64,000 nucleotides of DNA. Origin: Podarcis cretensis (Eukaryota). Every line of letters begins with the position of its first letter. The stretch's first letter is position 1. The stretch is taken from assembly GCA_951804945.1 (NCBI GenBank), contig OX638154.1, forward strand, positions 60,078,001-60,142,000, written 5' to 3'. The notes under the pieces are model-generated. The model saw nothing but the letters and a program-made list of their open reading frames with translations, did no database searches and was not told where the DNA came from. The position numbers were made by a program, and so were the translations under genes. This document shows positions 37,100 through 50,292 of this stretch, piece after piece.

Positions 37100-38020
37100 G
37101 GTTGGAAGTTGGGTTTCACCATGGTTCCACTCCCACCTCCAAGGCCAATTTCAAGAGTAGCAATGGGAGACTACTGTTCAGCATCATGCGAGCTATCTTG
37201 TGGGGTTCCCTGGGGGTAATCTTGTCCTCTGTGCTTTTTAACGTTTAAATGAAGCATGTCACCAGGGATTTGGTGTGCGGTGTTATCATTATAGTGATGA
37301 CACCCAACCCTCTCTCTCCATTCCATCTCAAGTCTGGGAAGTAGGGAGAAGTCCAGTTCTGGATGGCATTGCACACCTTTGGAAGAAACAGGTATGTAGC
37401 TTAGGAGCTACTCCTTGATCCATCTATATCAATTGAGCCCCAGGTGGCCTCTGTGACCAGCTTCGGTTAGTTCATCAATTATCCCCTTTTCTAGATAGGG
37501 ATATCTTGAGCATAGCAATCCATGTTCTGATAATGTTCAGATTGGACTACATGAGAGCTACCTTTGAAGACAATCTGGAAGCTGCAACTAGAGCAGAATG
37601 AAGCCATGAGGCTGCTTGTGGGTACCTCTGCCAGACATATACTATGCACTCTTGGAAGGTCTCAAATTTGCTACTGAACCCTATTTAAGATGTTAACACA
37701 GGCATATGAAGTGCTCAGTGACTTGGGCCTCCAATGTTTGAAGAAGCAGCTCCTTCCACATTGACTTGTCTGGGAGTTGATCATTAGGAGAGCTCCTATT
37801 GTGTTGGACACCCCCCCCCCATTCTGCGGTTTGAGTGGTGCATGAGGTCTTCTCTGTGGTTATGGAGGTGCATCTAGCACGATCGACGTATGTTTTTCAA
37901 TGATTGCTCAAGATGCGCCTCTTTGCTTGTTCCTGCACTGCATTTCTGCTATTTTGTCATTGTGACTTTATTTTATGATTTTAATGTCATTTGAATTGTG
38001 ATAGTTTTGTAACCCACCCT
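37100..38020 (+). mobile_element. Degraded L2-clade LINE 3' portion (ends approximate)
   Basis: Remnants of GVP(Q)G..LFN and Y(A)DDTQ (GATGACACCCAA), AGATTGGACTAC, and a 3' end TTGTAACCCACCCTG. Confidence 0.7.
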
Positions 38021-38093
38021 GCAACCATGTGGATAGTATAAAAGTTGAGCTCTTCTCTTATGGAGTCTTCTGCACAAACCTTGCATGGTGCTG

Positions 38094-38211
38094 ATTCAGG
38101 ACCCTAAACCGTGTTTTATATAAATGACTTTTATTTTGTTCTGTGTATATTGCAATGTTTTTTGTTGCTATGGCTGACGGCTGAGGCAAATAAAGTTTCA
38201 TTCATTCATTC
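38094..38211 (+). mobile_element. Non-LTR retrotransposon 3' end with (TTCA)n tail, 118 bp
   Basis: 17-bp TSD AACCTT(G/C)CATGGTGCTG (38077-38093, 38212-38228); ends AATAAAGTTTCATTCATTCATTC. Confidence 0.7.
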
Positions 38212-38531
38212 AACCTTCCATGGTGCTGTCCAGTGTACCACTAAAGAATTGGCTCACCTGCCTCCATGCTGTTGAGGTCAATGCTCAAAACAGAACATCA
38301 TTTGGGCTATTTAACAGCTTTGTAAAATATTCAACAGGTACTACTGAGCTGTATTCTACATAACCTCTCATCACCATTGGTATGTAGATATGCACAGAAC
38401 ACAACCCTTTTTGTGTAAAAATTTCCAAGGAAATATCAGTCTTGGTATAATCTTCCATTTCATTTAGGCTCCAAGGAATAGTCAAAATGGAGAATATGGG
38501 TGCACAGCATTATTAATTTGTGCCTGAAACA

Positions 38532-38537
38532 TTTATT
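38532..38537 (-). terminator. Distal polyadenylation signal AATAAA of PLPP3
   Basis: TTTATT on the plus strand at the end of the AU-rich UTR block. Confidence 0.65.
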
Positions 38538-39613
38538 TATAAAGCACATTTATACAGCATTTTTTTGTGTGTTTTTTTCTTTTGCAAATACAAACTTTAA
38601 TTTTGTACTCTACAAAAAGTCTTGCATATTCCTCTTTTTACAAAAAAAGAAACATTACAAAAATACAGACAATTTAATATGGTTTTTATACAATTGTCTT
38701 TAGTTGTTACTTTCATTAAAATATTGCTACCACAGAACTACAATATTTTAGTCGACTATAAAAAATTAAGTCAATGCTTTTTGTTTTAAGCAGCAACATG
38801 TAAATAACACAGGTCAAAACACAGTTTATGATCATAGTGGATATATCTAAAATTGTTTCAGAAATAATATTTTACATAGTTAATTTTTAATGTTTTATAC
38901 ATTATTTATATAATATTTATATATATTTATATATATTTATATTTATAAAAAAAATCATAGCTTGCTAGAATTGAAATGATAGGACGGAGTTTGCATGGCA
39001 AAGATGTGCAAAGGTCAGTCTGCCCTGGTTAGCATCAGCAGTTCAGTCCTTTTAAGGTTTTTCAGAACTGTCTTTTGGAATTGCAATTGAAAGCCTAGAA
39101 GCGGGTCTCTTCCGGTTTACTTTCTTCGCATGCCCTTGGTGTTGCTGAGAGCAGCATTTAGCCTAGTCTGTAATGAATAATCGAAAATGATCCCTTTTCA
39201 AGCCATGGGAATTACAAAAGGGATTTGACTGAACATCAGGCTAAGACGGTTCCGCCCAGCAGTCCGCCTGATAGCTGGAGGAGTTGCCTTCTGAGTCTCA
39301 ACCCCAGAGCCAATAGTGCTAACATAGATCAACAAGGCTGACCACAAACAAGGTATCCGTATGTTCAGAAAATACTTCCGTTATTCGAGTCAATGGTAAA
39401 AGGGGATTTTTTTTTTAATTAAAAAACTAGGCCACCAAGCATAATACTATGCAGGCTGGACAATTCATACAGTACTGTTGACATTAGATATTAGAGGCAT
39501 GGGTCCCATATTTCTTGTGTTGTCCCTTATCTGCACCTCCAACCTGCTCTCCAAAGTATTAGTGATGAGAATAATCGTGAACATGGAGAATGTCATACAG
39601 AAAGTGAGGGATA

Positions 39614-39893
39614 AAAAAGGTAAAGGTACCCCTGCCCGTACGGGCCAGTCTTGACAGACTCTAGGGTTGTGCGCTCATCTCACTCTATAGGCCGGGAGCC
39701 AGCGCTGTCCGCAGACACTTCCGGGTCACGTGGCCAGCGTGACAAGCTGCATCTGGTGAGCCAGCGCAGCACACGGAACGCCGTTTACCTTCCCGCTAGG
39801 AAGCGGTCCCTATTTATCTACTTGCACCCGGGGGTGCTTTCGAACTGCTAGGTTGGCAGGCGCAGGGACCGAGCGACGGGAGCGCACCCCGCC
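39614..39893 (-). mobile_element. 5'-truncated Sauria SINE inside the PLPP3 3' UTR
   Basis: Closely similar to the copy at 6863-7221, with an (ACCTTT)n tail. Perfect 14-bp TSD GAAAGTGAGGGATA at 39600-39613 and 39894-39907. The tRNA head is missing. Confidence 0.92.
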
Positions 39894-40367
39894 GAAAGTG
39901 AGGGATAGGTGAAAACAAATATGGAATGACTCTTTACAACCAGGGATACTGGTGAAGCAGGCTGGGTTGCATTTAGAAAGTGGATTCTACACCTAACTGG
40001 AAATAGAAAAATACTGTCTTGCAGAATTGTGTAGTGGAAATAGGCACTTTTCTAACATTTTACTGGGTATACATCTCCAAAACCAAAAGTAAGTTCCGAA
40101 TTGGAATGGAGATAAAGAAAACCAATAAAATAAGAGGTTACACTTAGAAAGTGATCACAAATCATGAATCAGTGCTTATTTTTCATAGATAGTGCTATAA
40201 TCTAGTTGGCAAGGATTTTTCTCTCCCCTCTCTCACTTAATAGGAATTGAAAACTGTCATGGCAAATAAAAGAAGCAGAAGCAGAGATGGCCAGTTTCCT
40301 AGAAATCATTTAGTGTTCATTAAGCTATGAACAATTCAGCATTCACTACAACATGAACACTCAGCCA

Positions 40368-40374
40368 ATTGCAC
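40368..40374 (-). promoter_or_regulatory. miR-25/32/92-family 7mer-m8 seed match (GUGCAAU) in PLPP3 3' UTR
   Basis: Plus strand ATTGCAC. Mammalian PLPP3 is a known miR-92a target. Confidence 0.45.
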
Positions 40375-40401
40375 ATTTAGGATTCCTGCATCGTGTTTTG
40401 A

Positions 40402-40407
40402 TTTATT
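40402..40407 (-). terminator. Candidate proximal polyadenylation signal AATAAA of PLPP3
   Basis: TTTATT on the plus strand about 215 nt after the stop, followed in mRNA sense by a GU-rich tract (gagtgttcatgttgtagtg). Confidence 0.45.
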
Positions 40408-40621
40408 TCGTAATTGTTGCCTTTGACTTACTTGAACAACACCCATTTTATGCAAATGTTGTGAGTGTAAAAAAGGCCACAGTGTCAGACCTCATTGGTC
40501 AGGCAAGAGTCTCTCCCTACATTCTACTGTCTGATGAGATTGAGAGCAGCAGGTAGTTGCTGTCAGCAGTCATTTTGCAAAAACAAAACAAAAACAAAAT
40601 ATATATATATTTGTCAAATGT

Positions 40622-40747
40622 CTACACCATGTTGTGATGATTGTTCCGATCAAGGATATCCACAGGTGAAAGTAACTCCTTCCGGATTGGAGGTGGGGGC
40701 AGAGAAATCTTTGTTTTCTCCTTGAAGAGGTCTGAGACATAGAACAC
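40622..40747 (-). CDS. PLPP3: PLPP3 last coding exon (human exon 6 equivalent), 126 bp coding including TAG
   Basis: Translates VFYVSDLFKEKTKISLPPPPIRKELLSPVDILDRNNHHNMV*, matching the LPP3-specific C-terminus. Acceptor is ttttatttacag|. Confidence 0.96.
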   Translation of the reverse strand: MFYVSDLFKEKTKISLPPPPIRKELLSPVDILDRNNHHNMV

Positions 40748-43700
40748 CTGTAAATAAAATGAATATATGCATTCAATATAAATATTCAGATTTTTATACC
40801 TGTTCTGGTTTATGTAAAGGAAATCTAACTCCTCCATTAATAAGCATAACAGTTCTGAAGTTACACTATCCTGCTATAATGAGAACCAGACTGAAGGTCT
40901 TCTAGACTGGTCCATAAAAAAAGCAAACAATTATTTCACAGGAGTCAAGCACTGCTAGATACCTAGCAGGGACAAAGACCCAAGGCACAACTTTGCATAA
41001 ATGTCTAGTGCCTCTGGTGGGGATCTCACTGGTATGGAAAATGCCTTTCCCTGCCTTTCCTTTTCCACTGGATCTCACCCAGCACCCATTGGTTTCTTTC
41101 ACTATTTTAATTCAAATACATTCACTGTGTGTTTGGAAGGGAGATGTACTGAGGGGATGGGGATTTTTTTAATACAGAAGTCTTTAAAAATGTTATTTAC
41201 AGTTAAAAAACAACAACAACCCGGCACACAATCAAGAAGCTGTCAACATCCATACCAAGAGTTCACACGGCTTCGCTTCCTCTGGTGATTTAAATGGACT
41301 AAAATTAAACTTCCCTTTGGAGTCAACTCTCCGTAATTCTTAGTCAGTCAGGTTAGCTTGATATTTCCTTGCCTTCCCACCCACCCGCATCCCCTTCCCT
41401 ACTGCCCTTTCCTCACAGCTAGAAAATTAAAGCTTAGTCAGGATGACTGTCCTGTCATTTTAAAGAAATAGTGTCAAGGAAGAGATATTCCCAACCACCT
41501 TTCCCTGAAATAATCAATGACGTATCCGCTCTTACGGATGTGAAAAGTCTCCCACTTGACAATTCAGAGAGGCAGCCACACAATAGGAAAGCCCTGGGAG
41601 GAAACTTTGACATCCTCCCTCAGCCAAAATCGTATCAAGTCCAGCATGACTGATGTACTTTCTCCCTTGCAAAATTTAACTCTGAAGCCAGAAAGGAAAA
41701 GGGTCAGACAGAATGCAGGCTCTGCTGACAGGAGAATAAGGCTCATCTCTGCTATTCAATGCTAGAGGCTTGGTACAAACAAATCCCAGCTATTAAACAC
41801 ATATAATATTTATATACAACAACAATCACACAAGCTGCTACAGACTTGTTCACTGGCTGAATGACAATTGGTTTACTACTAATTTTCCAATTTCTTGAGC
41901 ATTGTGGTGACTGGGCCCAGTGTCAAGAAGTGACAGCCATTCAGTGGATACAGTGAGACGTGGGCTCGCTCATCCCTACCCCCAAAATATCCTGTTTTCT
42001 GCAGGCTACTGCCAGTGTAAATCCATTGGTAATACTTTGAGTGAGTGGAACATACCGGACAAATGATGCCAGTGTCATTTGGTAGGCAGACTGGAGCTTT
42101 GGACTGCCGTCTAAATACTGTATATGTTGACGGGAGTCAATGGAAAGCCCAAGGCAATTCATTCCCACCTTACCTGCAGTTACACAGGGGCTGCAGAATG
42201 GGATTCCAATTAACCCAAGAGCTACTCACGACTCAAACAAGAGCAGCACACCTCCCCAGAACATAGACTGCACATTTTAAAAAGCAGAACATGTGGCTAC
42301 ATCACTCTAGACCCATAGCTGACTTTACAGGTAGGAAGTTTGTGATGGAATAGTTTGTGCAAAATGTTCCCTTGGTGAAAGGTGCCCCATTAACAACTAC
42401 CTCTCCATCCTGCCTACCAGGAATCCCCAAAAAACAAGGTACAGACAGGATAATGGGGTTAAAGAAAACAGCTGATCCATGAAATATGCCCATCTATTGA
42501 CAAATGTAATTCCAGGAAAATCCATCACTCTGCTCTGCAGTTGAAGTAACCAATGTGTGAGAGGCTCTTATTCCACTGGCGAATGTGTCCAGCAAGAACA
42601 TTCTTGTTCATATGTTATGACCAAAAGCATTGCTTTTATACTGCTTTGAAGCTCTAGCAAGTCTTCCCAAGACTTCCATTAGTTAGGCTACTAGGCTTTT
42701 CAGAGTGAGAAATCACAAAGCATTTGATTGTTTAAAGAGACTGCTTGTTTTACTGGATGCAGATGTTTGCATTCAGGCTTCCAATTGTCTTGCTATGTTC
42801 CCAGATCAGTTAGTTTGACATCTAAATATTAGCATTGAAGCAAACAGTTATTTCTCTGAGGAAACAGAACTCCACTCAGGAAAAAAATAGATGGTTGGCT
42901 GCAACCAAAGAAAAATAAATAGTAGTACCAACCTCTTTCCCTGGCTTATTTAAATTTTATGTTCTCTTCGAAGGCAACACTAGGGTTCCTGAACCAAAAC
43001 TACAGTTCCTTTTTCTGATTGCCAGCATATTAAGTCTCCTGTTTCAAATGAAGCTATATTAGAGATGGATAGGCATTCTAAACTTTCTTTTGGTTCTGGA
43101 GAAAAAGGTTTCTTACCCATTATAACACTAGCCCTTCATAACGAGAGGAAAAGGAGCTGTGAACTCCGGACAGCAAATGCTGTCTCTGACTGTCCTACTC
43201 AAATCAATGAGATTTAAATTAGTCAAGACCACTTCTGACTACTTGCTTTTGTTGGACGGTGTGCAGTACTTGTGGTTCATGCTTGTATTGTATCACTACT
43301 TCAAGAAACTTGTGATGGAGAATTGTAAGCGTCCCTTTGATTTTTGGGGGGAATAGGCATACTTGGTGTTCTCTGTGTGTCTTCTAGATTTTGGAAGTAT
43401 TTAAATCTTCATTTAATTTGAACACAACTGCTAAATGTCTGTACCCATTCATCCATTTCTGTAGTATGGCAGAAGCAAGAGTTGGAAGGCGATTTTGACG
43501 CCATGCCTCTCATGTACCCACTTCCTAAGACTGGATTCAATCATGACGATATCCACATTCTATACCGAGAGCTCCATGACAAATCAATTTGTGGCAGGAG
43601 TGAGTAGCGGTTGCACGGTGGAAGTGGCAGATGGAGGATTAGGTTCAATCTGGCCTGTATTTTCTAACTGGATAAGTTATGGATGGAGTGTCATCTTGGC

Positions 43701-46395
43701 TTTCTTAGCCTTTAATCTGCAGTTCATGGCGTGTGTGGCTTTAAATCAGATATTTGGGTAGTGGCGTTAATTCCCATTTAAACTGTATTTCACTTTTAGC
43801 AAGGTTTGAGGTTATAAAAACACTTTGAGAAATCATGAAACATGATCTCCTAAGGTTAGAACAGTGTGTTAAACCTTCCTAATGCTTCAGCTGCTTAACA
43901 CAAAAAGAGAGAGGGGTAAATGCACAGAGTGTTTTTGCTTGGATTTATGCCACTTCCTGTGGAAGGTGCTCTCCACCCATAAAGAAAACTAAACTGCAGA
44001 CGACAGGGAATGTGCTATATGATGTTGTAAGCTGGTAGCTCACAATTTCAACTGATCAATGCCCTTCTTAAATTCATTATATTAGAAAAGGCTTCACTTG
44101 GACCCAGAACATTTTAAGCAAACAGCTTAACATGAGATTAGGTGAATAGGAGAAGGAAATGGCCCCTAAGATTTGCATCTTCCCACAATTTGCCACAACA
44201 CAATTATAGCCACCACAAAAGCGGTGCATAAAAGACATTTTGATTTTAGCCATTCTGATTGCATCTGAATTCGAAAGAAAACAAGATCTTGTATGGTCTT
44301 GGATGAAACAAGTACTGCAACCCCCTTAGAGGCTAGCCTCAGCTACCGGCACCTATTACCAATAATCAGAAGAACTAAACTGCAAGAACTCCGGGTCAAA
44401 GGACAGGACATAAATTTTAAATAAATTCAGAAAAGTATATAAAGCACAGTGAAAAAGGTGAGGCTAGGACTTTTCTAAATCTAAGTCTCATAAGCAACAC
44501 TCAACTTGCTTATGAACATTTAGGTCATTCCTTAGGAGCTGGAAATTATGGGACGAAGTAGCAGTAGTCCCCCCCCCTCTTCATTTCCTTTTCTACAACC
44601 ATGTCTTTTTCCCCCACCCCCCATGGCTGCACAAGGGCCAGACTAAAAGTGACCAATACCCTCTGCACATCCTGATGAAGGACTGAAGCATAAAAAAGGG
44701 CAGCAGCCACGGAGGGAAGGGGCTAAAAAGGAAGTGATGTACATGTGTGTGGGGTTTCTCAGGCAGCTGCTTCCTCCGTGGCCTTTATCTCGTCACAGGA
44801 AAGTCAGCCTATAGCAGCCGAACTCTCACCCCTCCTCTGGCCCAGTAAAACATGCCATCTGTTTACAGGTCAGGAAAACGAGGTCAGAGTTGTAACTTGT
44901 CATTGGACAGGAAATGGTGAAAAGTGTCCTGTTCAAGCATCGAGACCCTTATTGTCTGTCAGAAGCGTTTTTGCTGCAATGCATTGAGTTCATCTGCATC
45001 CTACTGTACCCTAGCATCACATTCTTCTTCTTCTTCTCCGTCCTCTTCCTCCCTTTGGCAAAGTATTTAGAGCAACTAACAGGAGAGCTTAGTCAAAGCC
45101 TTCCATATAGCTATCTCTAATACCGGGCAATTCTAGACAAAGCCACATGACCCAAATTGAAGCCCCTGAGCTGAAAAGAAACTGTTTCGTTGTGTGAAAA
45201 AGTTGCCCAAAGTATTTTCTGAATACATCCAAGAGCTCCTTCCAGGGTGATCTTTTGTTTGTTTAACCCGCGACAGAAATAAATAAGAATAAAAATGCCA
45301 TGGAAGCTTTGAAGAATCTTATTGTGCTGTCTCTGCAACTTAGTGGAGACTATCACTTCTGCTACTAAGTAAAATGTAAGCAGGAGATGTTCACCCACTG
45401 AAATTACAATTGAGGTTCAATGTGTATGTGAGAGAAGCAGGACTGGTGAAGAAGCGCTTGCTGGAAAACAAACTGATGGCCTGGGGGCATGGAGAGCGCT
45501 TATGCATTCTCTCCCCCCCTCCCAGATTCTCTGGCAGTTTTATTATTATTTTTCTTCCCAGCTAGATTGTGAAATTGCAAGTGAGGAGGGCAGGGCATTT
45601 GTAGGGGAGAACTGGTGGTTTTGGGAAGGAGTAAGCACCTGACTGGCAATTCTCCCATATAAGTGCAATTCCTGTTATTGCATAGTCAAATTGCATCTTA
45701 TGTGGGAACTCAGTGCTTGGAAATCCCCAGGTTTATTTACTTCACAAAATGGCCCTGATTCGTAGCACTGCATGGTGCTGATTGTGGAGCTGTGATCCTT
45801 TATCTCTATGCTGTGAAGCTCTAATAGCTTTCTCCTGAAGGTTGCGATGTCTCCAAAAGATCTGGGCATGTTTTCTGGAGCTAAAAACATTTCTGCTTAG
45901 CTTTTCAATCTGTACTTGCGTACTGAGAGACTACATTCCTCACAGAATTCAAACAGTGGTTTGGTTAGCAATGGAATCAGTGAAAAAGAAAGAAAATACA
46001 TATATATTCAGCTGCCTTTTGAGATGTTTCAAAACTCGGGATGGGTGGGGGACTGCTATAATGGTTTACACATTCACCTGTGTGAACCACCCTGCTAATG
46101 TGCCCAGTCTAGTATGCATTCAAGGAGAACTCTTTTCCATGCACTAAACATCACCAATCTAATACTTAGAGGGAAATTGTTTCACATGAACTTCACATGT
46201 TACATGTGAAAGGTTACTGTTTGCTGTGCATTTATCTTTTAGGTTTCTAACACTGCATTGCACATTGGTTTTCCTTATTTAAGTCTCCATCCCTTTCTCC
46301 CTTCTTTGTTTAAGTCTACCCTTCCTTGGTTTTACCAATTCCTGCACAATGCCAGCAACACTCTCCCCAGTGAGGTCCACCTAGAACTGATACTA

Positions 46396-46704
<309 letters not shown>

Positions 46705-47083
46705 CTACAAAGGGAAAAAAAGGAAGGAGAAAGACATTAGGATGCTGTCCTCGCAACAGTTGGCACCAGACTGCAGTGGAACAGAATTGGTGCCAGGTTT
46801 ACAATATGGCAAACAGAAAACAAACCTATCTTAAGGGCAGAGCAAAATAGCAGCTGGGGGAAAAAGCGTTGTGTGGCAGGGAGTGCCTCTGCTGTCACAA
46901 CCAACACTGCAAAACAGGTGTCAGCAGTAGGCAAAAGGTGGTAGAAGAATTTCAACCCCCACCTTGTCAACCAAATTTGGGTCCCAAGTTCAAACCTTCG
47001 GCTCAATCTTCGTAACTTCTTTTGTCTGTCATGCCATCCAACTTTAATGAGCAACCCACAGTCCTATGTTTACAATTAATGGG

Positions 47084-47237
47084 GAATGGTGTGCTTTCTT
47101 TATCAAATTTTAACACACTATTTATAATTGTATGAACCTTTCTTATGTCTTTTCTTGATCATTTTTTCTACCTGATAAGAAAGGTTTATACAATTATAAA
47201 TAGTGTGTTTAAAATTGATAAAGAAAACACACCATTC
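47084..47237. repeat. Inverted repeat, 63-bp arms, 28-nt spacer, in PLPP3 intron
   Basis: Arms 47084-47146 and 47175-47237 are complementary at 59 of 63 positions by manual comparison. Confidence 0.92.
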
Positions 47238-49125
47238 TCAGATGGAAAGTCCCCCCCCCCTTTATAATTTTGGCTTCCCCACTTCTGAACATTTTCCAGA
47301 TCTGCAACCCCTTTTTTGAGATGAGGTAACTGGAACACTGCTGAATATTATTGCAAGTGCAGCTGCAGTATGGATCATAGCATTAAGATTCAGACCATCT
47401 TATGGTTTTTTCCTAATTTGCTTTTAAATCCTAGCAGTGTTTGTGACCACTTTGTGACTTGAACTTTTAAAATGCCTTGGACCTAAAATACAGTGTTCGA
47501 AATGATACTTTTGCTTCAGCCAGGGAAAACGAACAAACAAATCAACAGCCACAAGGACTTGACCTGAAATGAAGTAGCTGAAATGATGTCAAACGGGTAT
47601 TGTCTCCTGCCTCACCCCTCCCCACTTATCCTGGTCTGGTTTCCTCTTGAAAGTTGTGGGCACAACCTATTCCTCGAGTTCCTGTGGGAACCTTGGGAAG
47701 CCAAAGAGAGAGAGGAAGAGGCAGCAGGAAAGGCAGAAACGTTTGCCCACATATCAAAGGAGCTGGAGGCTAACCCAATCTGAAATGCAGGGCAAAGGGA
47801 AGTCTGAACATGGCCAAGTCCTCCCATTATGGCTGCCTTCCCATAACACAAGGCAGGGAGATGAACGTGACAAGGTAACAGCAATGCCTGCTTGTATAAT
47901 TGATGCAGTAAAAGTTTACAGTTGGAGGAAAAGCGAGGCACTGTAGTCTGATCACTGCTTACAAATCAAGACATGAATTAGGGTGGGCTCATTCTTAAGC
48001 CAATAAACCATGGTTTCTCAGTCCAATATTTTTTTGTCTGGACTGGGACATTTTTATGTAGTTGTTTTGTTGAACCTGCCGTTGGTACAATGGTACAAGC
48101 CAATCAGTATATTTTCAGAAGAAAACAGTGCATGCCAGTAGTCTGAGAGAAGAAAGGTCAGGTCTAAACTTAAGACAGCTCCTGCAAGCAAGGCAGAATT
48201 TTACCAGATACAGCTGTCTCTACCATGGCATTTCAGTTCTGAAAGAGGCTGTACCTATTGGAATTCTCCCTTCTCACAGAATCATAGAATTGTTTTATCT
48301 ACGCCTGAATGTATAAGAGCCCATTCAGTCATTAAACAGTTTAGAATCATCCTTCAACATAATATCAATTATTTCTCTTTCGACGAAACTTTAAATCACC
48401 ATATTTGCTGAACAAAATTTAGTTGCAGCATGTGGAAGGTTAACTAGCCCGATCTTGTGTTCTTTTTCACAAAACCCACCCTGTGCTGTCATCTTCTGCC
48501 CTCTTTACATCCGAAAGGTTTTCATTATAAAGTGAAACCAAGCTAAAGAAAACAAACACTTAATGTAAAAAAAAAAAAAAAAAAAAAACAACAACGAACA
48601 ACCCAACTGAACTGAAGTTGTTTTTACAGCAGACAAAAAGCGAATTACAAGTGGTTTTTACTCAAGTCTCTATATACTGCTAACTCAGTCGTGGGAGGTT
48701 TACGGAGGCGCCAGTGTGGTGTTTATATAGTAACATGAAATGAACAACTGCCACTTGCAGACCAATAAGCTGCAGTGGGAAAAGTTGCGGCCAATAGCAC
48801 AGAGGAGATAAGTGTGACAAAACCAAAGAGGGAGGGAAGACAGCAATGACCTCGTGGCCATATGTAGCCAGGGTTGCTGGAAAACCTCTCACATATAAGA
48901 AATCTGGCAGTGGCAACATCACCACAGAACAGACCGCTCTCAGGGCAATGTGCAGCAGTTCTGCGGCCAGGGGACTTCCAGTGATGTTAGTGGGAATGTC
49001 TGTGGTTAGTCAGGGATCCCAAGCAAATAAAAATGAGGGGCTCATGTTCCCTTAACAAGTGAGGAGGAGAAAAATATTAATAGTTGCTTACATTTTTGTT
49101 ACTTTTCAGAAGGTTTGGCTATAAT

Positions 49126-49166
<41 letters not shown>

Positions 49167-49286
49167 CACATGCAACATATGTTTGTTGTAAGAAGGGCTT
49201 TCATTCCATTTTCAGACAGTGGCTCAAAGCAGCTAAATCCACCATTTTCAACGTTTATATCATGCGTGAATGAATACATTTGTCAT

Positions 49287-49422
49287 CAGTGCCATTTTTC
49301 TAGAAAGAGGTTCTGGAACTCACCATGAACGACTCCCTTGTTCTCTTATAATGGCAATGGCGCCCACCTGAGATGTGCCGGAACTGAGTTCCAGTGAGTT
49401 CCAACTGGGGGGAAAAGCTCTG
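49287..49422. mobile_element. hAT-type MITE
   Basis: CAGTGCCATTTTTC...GGAAAAGCTCTG with near-TSD tttgtcat/catgtcat. Confidence 0.6.
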
Positions 49423-50292
49423 CATGTCATGAAGTTTACACAAGTAAACTCATGCTACCAGTACCAGCTGTGTGAAGGCATCTTTGTTACTTCATAGTAC
49501 TGCTCTGGGGAGATTTTGCGTTGTTTGAAAACACTTTGGAAAGATGGAGAGGCTACTGGATAATCTGTTTGGGGTGGGAGAAGATGTGGTCAACCACACA
49601 CACTTCCCTCATAAGCGCTTGACAGGTAAGCACAACTGTAACCGTGACCCATATTCAAACTCTAAAGTGTTAGCTCTAAAGCTGTCAGGGTTGCCTAACC
49701 TATGTCAAATTTTGCTGTGGGGATGAGTAAGAACACACTGTAGAGTACACTGCTGATTGAGAAATGCTTATATTAATGATTAACAGTTTCTGAAGTACTG
49801 TAGGAAATTTTCAAATGAATGAGTACCTGCATCTGGCCTCATTTGAGCAGATGGGTTAGAGTCACACAAAAGAGTGTAAAGGGGGAAAATCATTCCCTTT
49901 TGTTGAGTCTGGGGCTTTGAAATCAGTCACTGATATTTATCTAATGACTAACAGATTGGCCATGATCCCACTGAAATAGAGTCAGAAGTTTGCTATTTGG
50001 CGTTCTTGCAGACATGAACTCCACTGTTCATCTGGCTGTTAGAGTAAGTATAGCACAGCCCTGGGAACTAAAACAAGTAGCATTTAAGGTGGCCACCTCA
50101 GGAGTTTATTTCCTAACCCCGCATGGCACAACGACATAAATGTCAGTGAAGTTATATAAGAAATTAATCCAGCAGCTGTTTTCAGATTTGGCTGGCACAA
50201 TGCAACACCCTGTGGGCAACATTACCTGGCTTACTCTAAGAACCCCTGGAGTCAGGACACATTTATTTAGAAAGCTAAATACTACCTAAAAT

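Larger units (their letters stand above)
38515..40621 (-). other. PLPP3: PLPP3 3' UTR (long form, about 2.1 kb; 3' end approximate)
   Basis: Follows the stop codon. AU-rich terminal segment (38520-38950) ends near an AATAAA at 38532-38537 on the minus strand. Confidence 0.7.

Noticed and set aside
6863-38211. Apparent minus-strand bias of retroelements (about 11 of 15) suggesting a hidden plus-strand transcript
   Set aside because: Small sample; two-sided binomial p is about 0.12, and no exon evidence.
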